Positions 26,382-36,060 of a DNA stretch of 64,000 nt are shown one piece after another; within the stretch, counting starts at the first letter, position 1; each line of letters begins with the position of its first letter. The stretch is taken from NCBI GenBank assembly GCA_900543695.1, contig UQSG01000001.1, positions 10,136-74,135 on the forward strand. The letters are read 5' to 3'. The position numbers and the translations under genes are program-made. This DNA comes from an uncultured Clostridium sp. (lineage in GTDB: Bacteria; Bacillota; Clostridia; UBA1212; UBA1255). Below the pieces are notes generated by a model. The model did not search any database. It saw nothing but the letters and a program-made list of their open reading frames with translations, and was not told where the DNA came from.

Positions 26382-27764
26382 ATGGAAATCAGAGATTTTA
26401 TTGATCGGGAGTTTGGCGGTATGCTGGAATGTCTGGACCGGCTGATCCGGATTCCCAGCGTAAGAAGCAGCGCGGAGGCGGACGCGCCCTTTGGAAAAGA
26501 AACGCGGCGCGTGCTGGAGGAGGTTCTGAAAGCGGCTTCCGAAATGGGCTTTGCCATTCGCAATTACGAAAATCAGATGGGAATCGTCGATTTATGCGGC
26601 GGCCTTGAGCCGGCGATCGGTATTTTGTGCCACGCCGATGTGGTTCCTGCCGGAGCCGGCTGGATCCACTCCCCTTACCGCGCCACGCTTGACGGAGACA
26701 AAATATACGGACGCGGTGCGATCGACGACAAAGGGCCGCTTGTTTCCGTATTATACGCAATGAAATATTTGAAAAATTTCTGTCCGCCGCTCAGGCATGG
26801 CGTCCGGCTGCTCATTGGCACCGATGAGGAATGCGGTTCTCAGGATCTTTCCTCCTACAGGCAGCAGGAACCGCTTCCCCCGATCGTCTTTACGCCGGAC
26901 GCAGGCTATCCTGTGATCAATACGGAAAAAGGCAGAGCAGTCGCTTCCTTTCTGAAAACGCTTCGTCCCTCCGCTCCTGGAAAAATGGTAGAGCTCGCCT
27001 CCGGAGGCGGTGCGGTAAACGCCGTTCCCGATCGGGCGGAAGCGCTTGTCTCCGGCTTTTCTACGGAAGAGCTGTATGCCGCTGCCGCCCGTTCCCCCTC
27101 CGGGATCCGGTATGACTTTACCCCGGAAAGCGGCGGAAGATACAGAATTCTGGCAGCCGGGAAAAGCGCCCACGCCTCTGCTCCCGGCACAGGAGAGAAT
27201 GCTGTTACGGGCCTGATTGCCCTTCTGTCGCTTATCGAGCCGGATTGGAAAGAAATTGCCGCCTTGTTTCCCCACGGAGAAACGGACGGAACGTCGCTTG
27301 GCATTTCCTGTTCCGATTCCGTTTCCGGAGCTCTTACGGCTTCCTTCGACGTGCTTTCCTACCGCGCTCCGGATTTCGCAGGAACGTTTGATATCCGGTT
27401 CCCGCTTGGTCAAACCGGCGCCGCGCTTCTGCAGCTTCTGCGCAAGACGCTTGACGCCGGCGGCTTTGCGCTGGAGGGATACCACGCGTCCGAGCCGCAC
27501 CATACCCCGCCCGATTCCCTGCTGGTCCGCACGCTGCTCTCCGTTTATGAGGAAGCCTCCGGCAAGCCGGCAAAAGCCCTTGCAACCGGCGGAGGCACCT
27601 ATGCGCACGGGATCCTGGGAGCCGTCGCCTTCGGCCCGGAGGTGCCCGGAGACGACAATCATATGCATGCTGCGGATGAATTTATCCGCGTTTCCGATTT
27701 TAAATTAAATACCGAGCTGATGATCCGCGCCGTTTCCAGGCTCGACGAGGCGCTGACGTTCTGA
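26382..27764 (+). CDS. M20-family metallopeptidase (dipeptidase PepV/Sapep-like)
   Basis: M20 motifs CHADVVPAG..GW and GRGAIDDKGP. Dimerisation/lid domain and C-terminal HxxDE-like segment AADEFIRV. Start chosen at MEIRDF after GGAGGATTCGAT-ATG. Confidence 0.75.
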   Translation: MEIRDFIDREFGGMLECLDRLIRIPSVRSSAEADAPFGKETRRVLEEVLKAASEMGFAIRNYENQMGIVDLCGGLEPAIGILCHADVVPAGAGWIHSPYRATLDGDKIYGRGAIDDKGPLVSVLYAMKYLKNFCPPLRHGVRLLIGTDEECGSQDLSSYRQQEPLPPIVFTPDAGYPVINTEKGRAVASFLKTLRPSAPGKMVELASGGGAVNAVPDRAEALVSGFSTEELYAAAARSPSGIRYDFTPESGGRYRILAAGKSAHASAPGTGENAVTGLIALLSLIEPDWKEIAALFPHGETDGTSLGISCSDSVSGALTASFDVLSYRAPDFAGTFDIRFPLGQTGAALLQLLRKTLDAGGFALEGYHASEPHHTPPDSLLVRTLLSVYEEASGKPAKALATGGGTYAHGILGAVAFGPEVPGDDNHMHAADEFIRVSDFKLNTELMIRAVSRLDEALTF

Positions 27765-27817
27765 TTTAGCGTTTTGTTTTGGAGAAAACTTCTTTCCTGA
27801 AAGTTCATATTTTCCGG

Positions 27818-27846
27818 TTGACGATCCGGTCTGTCGGTGTTACAAT
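27818..27846 (+). promoter_or_regulatory. Sigma-A-type promoter of the 2-oxoacid dehydrogenase operon
   Basis: TTGACG -35 (27818-27823), 17-nt spacer, TACAAT -10 (27841-27846), ~65 nt upstream of the E2 start. Confidence 0.55.
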
Positions 27847-27856
27847 TTAACAGACT

Positions 27857-27875
27857 TGTGTTAGATTATAACATG
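27857..27875 (+). promoter_or_regulatory. Candidate operator (imperfect inverted repeat TGTTAGA-T-TATAACA) just downstream of the -10
   Basis: TGTGTTAGATTATAACATG matches 6 of 7 positions per arm. Resembles TGTTA..TAACA-type sites such as Rex boxes. A further ATAACAG half-site-like element follows at ~27888. Confidence 0.3.
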
Positions 27876-27912
27876 TAGTTGTAAATATATAACAGACCAA
27901 GGAGGTTTTTGA

Positions 27913-28530
27913 ATGGCGACACCGGTTATCATGCCCCGTCAGGGGCAGTCAGTTGAAAGCTGTATCATTTCTAATTGGGCCAAGAACGTTGGAGACAAGG
28001 TCGTCCCGGGAGACACGTTATTTACTTATGAAACCGACAAGGCTACATTCGACGAGGAAGCAAAAGTTGAAGGTACCATGTTGGTTCATTTTTTTGAGGA
28101 AGGCGACGACGTTCCCTGTCTTACAAACGTCTGCGTCATCGGAAACGAGGGAGAGGATTTCTCCGTATTTTCTCCGAACGGGGCGAAAGCGGAAGTTGCG
28201 CCCGCTCAGCCGCAGGCTCCGGCTGCTCCCGCTTCCCCGGCTGCACCCGCTCCGGCTCCCGCGGCGTCCAAGTCTAACGCGAATCCCGTGATTATGCCGC
28301 GGCAGGGGCAATCCGTAGAAAGCTGCATCATTTCAAAGTGGAACGTGAAAGTCGGCGATAAAGTAAAAGTCGGCGACAACCTTTTTACATACGAAACCGA
28401 CAAGGCGACATTTGACGAAGAATCCAAATTCGAAGGTACCGTGCTCGCGATCTTTTTCGGCGAGGGCGACGACGTGCCGTGTCTTACAAACGTCTGCGTC
28501 ATCGGTGCGCCCGGCGACAGCTATGCGGAA
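27913..28530 (+). repeat. Tandem duplication of the lipoyl-domain coding segment inside the E2 gene (27913-28150 and 28284-28520)
   Basis: Copies are ~75-80% identical at DNA level, including an identical 26-nt run tgtcttacaaacgtctgcgtcatcgg. Protein repeats IMPRQGQSVESCIIS..LFTYETDKATFDEE..GDDVPCLTNVCVIG. Confidence 0.8.
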
Positions 28531-29637
28531 TTTGATCCCAGCGCTTCCGCCGCCGCAGAGGCTCCCGCGCCGCAGCCCCAGGAAGCTGCCGCACCTTCGC
28601 AGCCTATTTCCTCCGCGCCGGTGCAGGCTACGGCCGCAGCTGCGGATGGAAAGCGCTTTATTTCTCCGAGAGCCCGGGCGCTTGCGGAGCGCACCGGCGT
28701 AAATCCTGCTTTTCTTGCGGGCTCCGGTCCCTACGGAAGAATCGTGGAACAGGATGTCCGGGCGTTTATCGCAGCCGGCGGCAATACGACGTATGCCGCA
28801 GAAGCCTTTGCCAAAGACGGCATGAGCGGCAGCGGTTTTGCCGGCAAGATTTCCGTATCCGATCTGAACGCGCCGCAGGCTCCTGCAAAAGAAGCCGCTC
28901 CGGCGTCTGTCCCCGCCGCTCCGGCAGCAGCCGACGCCGATTTCGAGGATGTAAAAATCCCGAATATCCGCAAGGTTATTTCCAGATCCATGCATACCTC
29001 CCTTTCCACAATGGCGCAGCTTACGCTCAACGCGTCCTTCGACGCCACAAATATTCTGGAATTCAGAAAGCAGATCAAGGAAAACAAGGAAAAGCTCGGT
29101 CTGAACAATATCACCATCAACGATATCATTATATTCGCCGTATCCAGAACGATTCTTGCGCACAAGGACCTGAACGCAAATTTCATAAACGACGGCACCA
29201 CAATGCGGTATTTTAAAAACGCGCATATCGGCGTCGCCGTGGATACGCCCAGAGGCCTGATGGTTCCGACGCTCCGGGATGCCAATCTGAAGTCGCTGAA
29301 CGAAATTTCCATCGAGGCGAAGAAACTCGCAACAGACGCGCAGGCAGGTACGATCAACCCCGACCTTTTGAAGGGCGGTACCTTTACGATTACGAATCTC
29401 GGCACAATGGGCATCGAATCCTTCACGCCCGTGATCAATCCGCCCCAGACGGGAATTCTCGGCGTCAATACGCTGGAGACGCGCGTAAAGAACGTGGGCG
29501 GCGAGCCGAAGATGTATCAGGCAATGACGCTTTCCCTGACCTTTGACCACAGAGCGCTCGACGGCGCTCCCGCCGCCAGATTCCTGCAGGAGCTCTGCAA
29601 GAATCTCGAGAATTTTACAATGCTGCTGATTAAATAA
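27913..29637 (+). CDS. Dihydrolipoamide acyltransferase (E2) of a 2-oxoacid dehydrogenase complex, with two N-terminal lipoyl domains
   Basis: Two lipoyl domains (..LFTYETDKATFDEE..). Ala/Pro-rich linkers. Peripheral-subunit-binding domain (ISPRARALAERTGVNPAFLAGSGPYGRIV). Catalytic domain with DHRALDGAPAARFL. RBS AAGGAGG. Confidence 0.85.
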   Translation: MATPVIMPRQGQSVESCIISNWAKNVGDKVVPGDTLFTYETDKATFDEEAKVEGTMLVHFFEEGDDVPCLTNVCVIGNEGEDFSVFSPNGAKAEVAPAQPQAPAAPASPAAPAPAPAASKSNANPVIMPRQGQSVESCIISKWNVKVGDKVKVGDNLFTYETDKATFDEESKFEGTVLAIFFGEGDDVPCLTNVCVIGAPGDSYAEFDPSASAAAEAPAPQPQEAAAPSQPISSAPVQATAAAADGKRFISPRARALAERTGVNPAFLAGSGPYGRIVEQDVRAFIAAGGNTTYAAEAFAKDGMSGSGFAGKISVSDLNAPQAPAKEAAPASVPAAPAAADADFEDVKIPNIRKVISRSMHTSLSTMAQLTLNASFDATNILEFRKQIKENKEKLGLNNITINDIIIFAVSRTILAHKDLNANFINDGTTMRYFKNAHIGVAVDTPRGLMVPTLRDANLKSLNEISIEAKKLATDAQAGTINPDLLKGGTFTITNLGTMGIESFTPVINPPQTGILGVNTLETRVKNVGGEPKMYQAMTLSLTFDHRALDGAPAARFLQELCKNLENFTMLLIK

Positions 29638-29654
29638 GAAAGAGGTGTGTTTCC

Positions 29655-31022
29655 ATGGGATATGATTTAATTGTCATCGGCGGCGGCCCCGCCGGATATC
29701 TGGCTGCAGAGCGCGCCGGCCACGCCGGGCTGAACACGCTGCTGATCGAAAAGCGGTTTATCGGCGGAGTGTGCCTGAACGAGGGCTGCATTCCTTCCAA
29801 GGCCCTGCTTTATTCCGCAAAAATTTACGACGGCGCCGCGCACGGCGAAAAATACGGCGTTTCTGCCAAAGAGCTTCATCTCGATCATTCCTTCGTCATA
29901 GAACGCAAAAACAAGGTGGTCAATACGCTCGTCAGCGGAATCAAGTCCAAGCTGAAGAAGAATAAAGTCACCGTAGTAATGGCAGAGGCCAAAATCACCG
30001 GCAGAACGGCCGAGGGCTTCACCGTTTCGGCGGCAGACCAGACGTATACAGGCGCAAAGCTGCTGATCGCAACGGGTTCCGTTCCGGTCACGCCTCCGAT
30101 TCCCGGCGTCAAAGAAGGACTGGAATCCGGCTTTGTTCTGACAAACCGCGAAATTCTCGATCTGAAGGCGGTTCCTGAAAAGCTCACGATTATCGGCGGC
30201 GGCGTTATCGGTCTGGAAATGGCCTCCTATTTCAATACGGCGGGCTCCAAAGTCACCGTCGTAGAAATGATGGATAAGATCGCCGGTCCTACAGACCGCG
30301 AGATTTCCGAAATCTTGCTGAAAAATTATCAGAAAAAAGGCGTCGTATTCAATCTCGGCTGCAAGGTAACCGGCGTCCAGCCCGGCAAAGTGATTTACGA
30401 GTCCGAAGGCAAAACGTTCGAGGTTCCCTCGGATAAGGTGCTGCTCAGCATCGGCAGACGCGCATTTACCGAAGGGCTCGGCCTGGAAACGATCGGCGTG
30501 GAAACGGAGCGCGGCAAAATCAAAACGGACAATAAAGGCCGCACCAATATTGCCGGCGTATATGCCGCAGGAGACGTCAACGGCTATTCGATGCTCGCTC
30601 ACACGGCCTACCGCGAAACGGAGGTGGCGATCAACGATATTCTCGGGATTCGGGACGCCATGCGCTACAACGCGATTCCTTCCGTCATTTACACCAATCC
30701 GGAGGTTGCCGGCGTAGGTGAGACAGAAGAAACGGCCAAGGCAAAGGGAATCGATTACGAAGTCGCAAAGCTTTCCATGCTGTACTCCGGAAGATATGTT
30801 GCGGAAAATGAGGGCGGCGACGGCATCATCAAAATCCTGATCGATAAGAAGTACAGAAACGTCATCGGCGTACATATGATCGGCAATTATTCCTCCGAAA
30901 TCATTTACGGCGCCGGAATTCTGATCGAAACGGAAATGCCCGTAAAGGACGTGAAAAAGCTTGTCTTCCCGCATCCCTCCGTATGCGAGGCGATCCGCGA
31001 GGGAATCTTCGAATTTGAATAA
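29655..31022 (+). CDS. lpdA: Dihydrolipoyl dehydrogenase (E3)
   Basis: FAD motif GGGPAGY. Redox-active disulfide GGVCLNEGCIPSKAL. NAD motif GGGVIGLE. C-terminal dimerisation domain with HPS motif (..VFPHPSVCEAI..). Confidence 0.9.
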   Translation: MGYDLIVIGGGPAGYLAAERAGHAGLNTLLIEKRFIGGVCLNEGCIPSKALLYSAKIYDGAAHGEKYGVSAKELHLDHSFVIERKNKVVNTLVSGIKSKLKKNKVTVVMAEAKITGRTAEGFTVSAADQTYTGAKLLIATGSVPVTPPIPGVKEGLESGFVLTNREILDLKAVPEKLTIIGGGVIGLEMASYFNTAGSKVTVVEMMDKIAGPTDREISEILLKNYQKKGVVFNLGCKVTGVQPGKVIYESEGKTFEVPSDKVLLSIGRRAFTEGLGLETIGVETERGKIKTDNKGRTNIAGVYAAGDVNGYSMLAHTAYRETEVAINDILGIRDAMRYNAIPSVIYTNPEVAGVGETEETAKAKGIDYEVAKLSMLYSGRYVAENEGGDGIIKILIDKKYRNVIGVHMIGNYSSEIIYGAGILIETEMPVKDVKKLVFPHPSVCEAIREGIFEFE

Positions 31023-31053
31023 TAATAGATTATAAAGGAAAGAGGTAACGCAT

Positions 31054-33525
31054 ATGCCAAAATCACAATTTATTGATGAAAAGACAGTAAGAAAAAGCGG
31101 CTGGATCAAATATCAGGATACCCCTGTGAACCAGTATAAGAAAACGATCGAGGAAGAAAAGGAAAACTTTACCACAGAGGATTTCCTGCGGATTTACAGA
31201 GATATGTTTATCATCCGCGAATTCGAAATGATGATCAACAGCATCAAGACGACGAGCGAATATAACGGAATTAAATACAGTCATCCTGGACCGGCACATC
31301 TTTCGATCGGTCAGGAGGCGTCCGCAGTTGGTCAGGCTTATCTGCTCGACACCAACGACTGGATCTTCGGCTCGCACAGAAGCCACGGCGAAATCCTTGC
31401 CAAAGGGCTTTCCGCAATCCAGAAGCTCAGCGACAAAGAACTCATGGAAATCATGGAAAATTATTTTGACGGCGCCGTTCTCAAAGTCGTGCAAAAAGAT
31501 CAGACGACCGTAAAAGAGCTGGCAATTGACTTCCTGATCTATGGTACGCTCGCTGAAATCTTTGCCAGAGAAACAGGCTTCCATAAAGGGCTGGGCGGTT
31601 CGATGCACGCCTTCTTCTGCCCCTTCGGCATCTATCCGAACAACGCCATCGTAGGCGGCAGCGCTACGATCGCAACCGGAAGCGCGCTGTTTAAAAAGGT
31701 CAACAGAAAGCCGGGCATCGTCATTGCCAACATCGGCGACGGCTCTCTTGGCCGCGGTCCGGTCTGGGAAGCGATCTGCTTTGCGACAATGGACCAGTAC
31801 AAAAAGCTCTGGGAAGGCGACATGAACGGCGGTCTTCCGCTGATCTTCAACTTCTACAATAACCAGTACGCGATGGGCGGACAGACAAACGGCGAAACGA
31901 TGGGCTTTGAAATCCTTGCCAGATTCGGCGCCGGCGTCAATCCGGAGCAGATGCATTCCGAGCGCGTCGACGGCTACAATCCGCTGGCCGTAATCGACGC
32001 CATCCGCAGAAAGAAAGAAATTCTGGCGCAGAAGAAGGGGCCGGTGCTGCTGGATACGCTGACCTACAGAACGACGGGACACTCCCCCTCCGACGCCTCC
32101 AGCTACCGGACGAAGGAAGAAATCGACATGTGGTTCGAAGGAAATTCCGTCAACGAATTCAAGAACAAGCTGATCAAGGCCAAGGTCGCCACGAAGAAAG
32201 AATTCGATGAAATTGACAAGAAATGCGTCGAGCTGATTACGAAGATCTGCGCAATGGCAGTCGACACGGAAATTTCGCCTCGTATGGACTTTCTGAAAAA
32301 TCCTCATCAGATTGAAGATCTGATGTTCTCGAACCAGAAAATTGCCAAGATGGAGGATCGCAAGCCTGACGTTCTGATCTCCAAGGAAGAGAATCCGCGC
32401 GTCCAGCAGATCGCCAAGAAAGAGCGCTTCGCCTTCGACAAAGACGGCAAGCCGTTCTCCAAGCTGAAAACATTTAACTACAGAGACGCTATTTTTGAGC
32501 CGATCCTTGATAAATTCTATGAGGATCCGACGCTGGTCGCATATGGAGAAGAAAACAGAGACTGGGGCGGCGCCTTCGCCGTTTACAGAGGTCTTACGGA
32601 AGCGCTTCCTTATCACAGACTGTTTAACTCCCCGATTTCCGAAGCGGCGATCGTCGGCACAGGCGTCGGCTATGCAATGAGCGGCGGACGTGCGATCGTA
32701 GAACTGATGTATTGCGATTTCCTGGGCTGCGCTGGCGACGAAATCTTCAATCAGATGGCAAAATGGCAGTCCATGAGTGCCGGCGTTCTGAAAATGCCGC
32801 TCGTTCTGCGTGTTTCCGTAGGCTCAAAATACGGCGCGCAGCATTCCCAGGACTGGAGCTCGCTTTGCGCTCACATCCCCGGTCTGAAGGTCTGCTTCCC
32901 GGCTACGCCTTACGATGCGAAGGGCCTCATGACCTCCGCTCTGAACGGAACGGATCCCGTAATCTTCTTTGAAAGCCAGAGAATTTATGACAAGGGCGAA
33001 GAATTCCATCAGGGCGGCGTTCCGAAGGAAAGCTATGAAATCGAGATTGGAGAGCCCGATATCAAAAAGGAAGGAAAAGATATCACCATCCTTACCATTG
33101 GCGTAACGCTGTATAAAGCGCTCGAGGCTGCAAAAATCCTCGAGGAAAAATATGGTATTTCCGCGGAAATTATCGATGCGCGTTCTCTTGTGCCGTTCAA
33201 CTACGAAAAAGTAATTGAATCCGTTAAGAAAACAGGAAAAATCCTGCTCGCCAGCGACGCCTGCCAGCGCGGTTCCTTCCTGAACGATCTCGCAGAGAAC
33301 ATCACAGAAATGGCATTTGATTACCTCGACGCGCCTCCGGTCATCGTCGGCGCCAAGAACTGGATCACACCCGCTTATGAATTCGATCATGAGTTCTTCC
33401 CGCAGGCTTCCTGGTTCCTCGATGCTATCAATGAGAAGATTATGCCATTAAAGGGCCACGTCAATACGCCGAACGTCAATTATACGACGAACGAGCGTCT
33501 GCGGATTTCCAAGAAAGGTGTATAA
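31054..33525 (+). CDS. 2-oxoacid dehydrogenase E1 component, fused alpha (TPP-binding) and beta (transketolase-like) subunits
   Basis: 823 aa. N-terminal half has the E1-alpha TPP motif (..[30 protein letters not shown]). C-terminal half is E1-beta-like (..[25 protein letters not shown].., transketolase C-terminal domain). Follows E2 and E3 in a non-canonical order. Confidence 0.8.
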   Translation: MPKSQFIDEKTVRKSGWIKYQDTPVNQYKKTIEEEKENFTTEDFLRIYRDMFIIREFEMMINSIKTTSEYNGIKYSHPGPAHLSIGQEASAVGQAYLLDTNDWIFGSHRSHGEILAKGLSAIQKLSDKELMEIMENYFDGAVLKVVQKDQTTVKELAIDFLIYGTLAEIFARETGFHKGLGGSMHAFFCPFGIYPNNAIVGGSATIATGSALFKKVNRKPGIVIANIGDGSLGRGPVWEAICFATMDQYKKLWEGDMNGGLPLIFNFYNNQYAMGGQTNGETMGFEILARFGAGVNPEQMHSERVDGYNPLAVIDAIRRKKEILAQKKGPVLLDTLTYRTTGHSPSDASSYRTKEEIDMWFEGNSVNEFKNKLIKAKVATKKEFDEIDKKCVELITKICAMAVDTEISPRMDFLKNPHQIEDLMFSNQKIAKMEDRKPDVLISKEENPRVQQIAKKERFAFDKDGKPFSKLKTFNYRDAIFEPILDKFYEDPTLVAYGEENRDWGGAFAVYRGLTEALPYHRLFNSPISEAAIVGTGVGYAMSGGRAIVELMYCDFLGCAGDEIFNQMAKWQSMSAGVLKMPLVLRVSVGSKYGAQHSQDWSSLCAHIPGLKVCFPATPYDAKGLMTSALNGTDPVIFFESQRIYDKGEEFHQGGVPKESYEIEIGEPDIKKEGKDITILTIGVTLYKALEAAKILEEKYGISAEIIDARSLVPFNYEKVIESVKKTGKILLASDACQRGSFLNDLAENITEMAFDYLDAPPVIVGAKNWITPAYEFDHEFFPQASWFLDAINEKIMPLKGHVNTPNVNYTTNERLRISKKGV

Positions 33526-33528
33526 CGG

Positions 33529-34305
33529 ATGCTGGACGAGAGAAGAAAATCTATATTATCTGTCATTGATGAATATGGAGAAATTTCTCTTGCGGAGTTA
33601 AGCTCTTTATTTCCCGACGTATCGTCTATGACGATCCGTCGGGATCTTTCCGAATTGGAAAGCCGCGGCAGCATCATCCGTACCAAAGGCGGTGCATTGA
33701 GCGTCCGCAAATTCAGTTCCTCCCGCTCCGCAAAAGGAGAAGAAAACGAGTACTCCCTGCGGGCAAGAGAAAATATTTTACAGAAAAAGGCAATCGCAGC
33801 AAAAGCGCTCCCCTATGTACAGAAAGGGCGTTCCATTTATTTCGATGCCGGCTCTACTATTATGGCTCTTGCCGAGCTTGTTCCCAACGAGAACATGACG
33901 ATTATCACAAACGGAATCAACGTCGCACAGGCGCTGGTGTCTAATTCCAATATCAACGTCATGGTTCCAGCCGGAAGCGTCAATCGCAACACGCTTTCCG
34001 TATCCGGTTCCGATTCTCTGAGTTTTATTGATAAAATCAATATTGAGCTCGCTTTTATGTCTGCTTCTGCATTCTCGCCCGAATCGGGTTTTACCGTTTC
34101 CAATGTCAGCGAGGCGGAGCTGAAGCGAAAGGTGATCTCCCGGGCAAAAAAAACAATTATGCTTCTGGATCAAAGTAAAATCGGCAAAGATTTGCTGTTC
34201 ACCCTTGCCGACATTAGCGAGATTCATGTTCTGATTACCGACGGACCGCTTTCCGCCGAACTTCAGCAATTAGCCGATCAAAGCGGAATCACCGTCATTT
34301 CATAA
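33529..34305 (+). CDS. DeoR/GlpR-family transcriptional regulator
   Basis: N-terminal HTH (RRKSILSVIDEYGEISLAELSSLFPDVSSMTIRRDLSELE). C-terminal sugar-phosphate-binding DeoR-C domain. Starts 4 nt after the E1 stop. Confidence 0.85.
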   Translation: MLDERRKSILSVIDEYGEISLAELSSLFPDVSSMTIRRDLSELESRGSIIRTKGGALSVRKFSSSRSAKGEENEYSLRARENILQKKAIAAKALPYVQKGRSIYFDAGSTIMALAELVPNENMTIITNGINVAQALVSNSNINVMVPAGSVNRNTLSVSGSDSLSFIDKINIELAFMSASAFSPESGFTVSNVSEAELKRKVISRAKKTIMLLDQSKIGKDLLFTLADISEIHVLITDGPLSAELQQLADQSGITVIS

Positions 34306-35062
34306 AGAGCTGTACGATAATTTTACCATAAATCGGACTCGTATAGACTCCAATTCCCGTTTTTGTAAAATCGCCGTTCGTGATATTTGCCTTATGACTG
34401 TCCGAATTCATCCACGCATAGAATGCGCCGTCAATGGTCTGATTCCCGGCAATATTTTCGGCCGCTGCGGTAAAAGCAAGTCCATATGCCTTCATCATCT
34501 CAAAGGGCGTTCCGTAGCTCGGTGACTGATGTGAGAAATAGTTGTTTGTTACCATGTCTCTTGCCTTATCGTAAGCCACCTTGCTGAGCTCCTCGCTGTA
34601 TTCCAGCTTCGCAGAGCCTGCCTCCTGCCTTACGTTGTTGACCAGGCTCAGCAGACGCTGCGCATCGTCGCTCACGTTTTCCAAATTGGAGACATCCTCC
34701 GATATGCTGGGAGCTTCTTCATCCGGAACCTTCGGATCGTTTTTGGAATCCTCAGAAACGGCCGTGATATAATTCCCATTTACAAAACCAACTTGTTTCG
34801 AATTGTAATCATATACCGCATACCACTCGCCCAGCTGGCCAAGAATCTTCACTGCCTGTGATTTTCCGATCGAAGCAAGCGCCGCAAAATCCGTTCCCGG
34901 ACCGGATCGAAGATTCAAGCCGGACACGTTTACCGTAGCGTTGCCTGTTTTATAAGCAAACGTTTCCTGTCCGTCGTCCGACGCTCCCGCAGGAGCAGTA
35001 ATCATTGCCACAATCATTGCAAATACGATCATGAGCGCACAGCATTTTGCTTTTTTATTCAT
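34295..35062 (-). CDS. Secreted SH3b plus CAP (SCP/PR-1, YkwD-like) domain protein
   Basis: Signal peptide MNKKAKCCALMIVFAMIVAMITAPAGA. SH3-like segment (..GTDFAALASIGKSQAVKILGQLGEWYAV..). C-terminal CAP domain (..NYFSHQSP..AENIAGNQT..HKANITNGDFTKTGIGV). Confidence 0.65.
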   Translation of the reverse strand: MNKKAKCCALMIVFAMIVAMITAPAGASDDGQETFAYKTGNATVNVSGLNLRSGPGTDFAALASIGKSQAVKILGQLGEWYAVYDYNSKQVGFVNGNYITAVSEDSKNDPKVPDEEAPSISEDVSNLENVSDDAQRLLSLVNNVRQEAGSAKLEYSEELSKVAYDKARDMVTNNYFSHQSPSYGTPFEMMKAYGLAFTAAAENIAGNQTIDGAFYAWMNSDSHKANITNGDFTKTGIGVYTSPIYGKIIVQLFMK

Positions 35063-35120
35063 AACCGATAACCTCCATTCATTTTTATGGCAATGGATAT
35101 TATTACCGATTCAAGAAATT

Positions 35121-35984
35121 TTATTCGTACGCCGGTACTGTCGTTACTGCCCGATCAGGAAAAATGCGGGCAAGCTGCGCATCCATCTGCCGCGGGATAA
35201 GCGCGCATGCCCATAGCGCCTGATAGCGATAGCCATATTTACTGTTGACCGCATTGCTGCCATATTTCCCATCTCCCAGGATGGGAAAGCCCAAAAAGGC
35301 CAGATGCGCGCGAATCTGATGCGTTCTGCCCGTAATAAGACTGATTTCGAGCGCAGAAGTATTGCTCTGGGAATCATATTTCACCGATTTGATTTCAGTA
35401 AGAATCTCTTTTGCATATTTTCGCGGCGCTGCGTAGATGTACACACGGTTTTTCGCCCGATCTTTAAAATGCCAGGCCTTTTGGATTCCAAGAAGGCTCG
35501 CGGCGTCTCCGAAAACGAGGCAGTGATAAATTTTCTCGCAGCGTCGCGTATTTAAAGCGTTTTTAATCGTATCCGCATACTCCTTCTTTTTGGAAAGCAC
35601 TACGATTCCGCCGGTGTTGCGGTCGATCCGGTGGCAAAGCATAAATTCCCCGCTCAAATCGCGGTTCAGTCTTTCAAGCAAAGAAAATTCATGATTTCTG
35701 TCCTCTGTCACGGGGATCCCCTGCTTTTTGTCCACAATCAGAAGATATTCGTTTTGATATAAAATTTTGTATCCTTTTTCATCCTCCTGTTTAAAAGGAA
35801 GATAAGCCTCTATGATGTCCCCCTCCCGAACAACGGCATTTTCTGAAATCCGCTTTCCGTTGATTTTAACATCACGTTTTCGAAGCGCTTTGTAGAAGCT
35901 GTTTCTTTCTATTTTATAACGAGAGAGCAGCAGGCGCTCTACAGGTTTTCCGTCGTCGTTTTTTTGTGCAATATATCTGATCAT
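35121..35984 (-). CDS. RluA-family pseudouridine synthase (S4 domain plus catalytic domain)
   Basis: S4-like N-terminus (..VERLLLSRYKIERNSFYKALRKRDVKINGKRI). Catalytic motif HRIDRNTGGIVVLSKK. GRTHQIRAHLA. Start placed at internal MIRYIAQ. The ORF extends to 36083 but that N-terminal extension is low-complexity and overlaps the upstream gene. Start uncertain. Confidence 0.7.
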   Translation of the reverse strand: MIRYIAQKNDDGKPVERLLLSRYKIERNSFYKALRKRDVKINGKRISENAVVREGDIIEAYLPFKQEDEKGYKILYQNEYLLIVDKKQGIPVTEDRNHEFSLLERLNRDLSGEFMLCHRIDRNTGGIVVLSKKKEYADTIKNALNTRRCEKIYHCLVFGDAASLLGIQKAWHFKDRAKNRVYIYAAPRKYAKEILTEIKSVKYDSQSNTSALEISLITGRTHQIRAHLAFLGFPILGDGKYGSNAVNSKYGYRYQALWACALIPRQMDAQLARIFPDRAVTTVPAYE

Positions 35985-36060
35985 AAAAAACAGAAACGGC
36001 AGCCTTTCCTTCAGACCGCCGTTTTGCAGGTTCCTCCCGTTTGTTCCCGCAGAAGAGCTC

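Noticed and set aside
27913-28530. Assembly artefact (collapsed or expanded repeat) explaining two lipoyl domains in E2
   Set aside because: The two copies differ at many positions (~20-25% DNA divergence) and are separated by a distinct Ala/Pro linker. E2 proteins with 2-3 lipoyl domains are common. Kept as a genuine tandem duplication.
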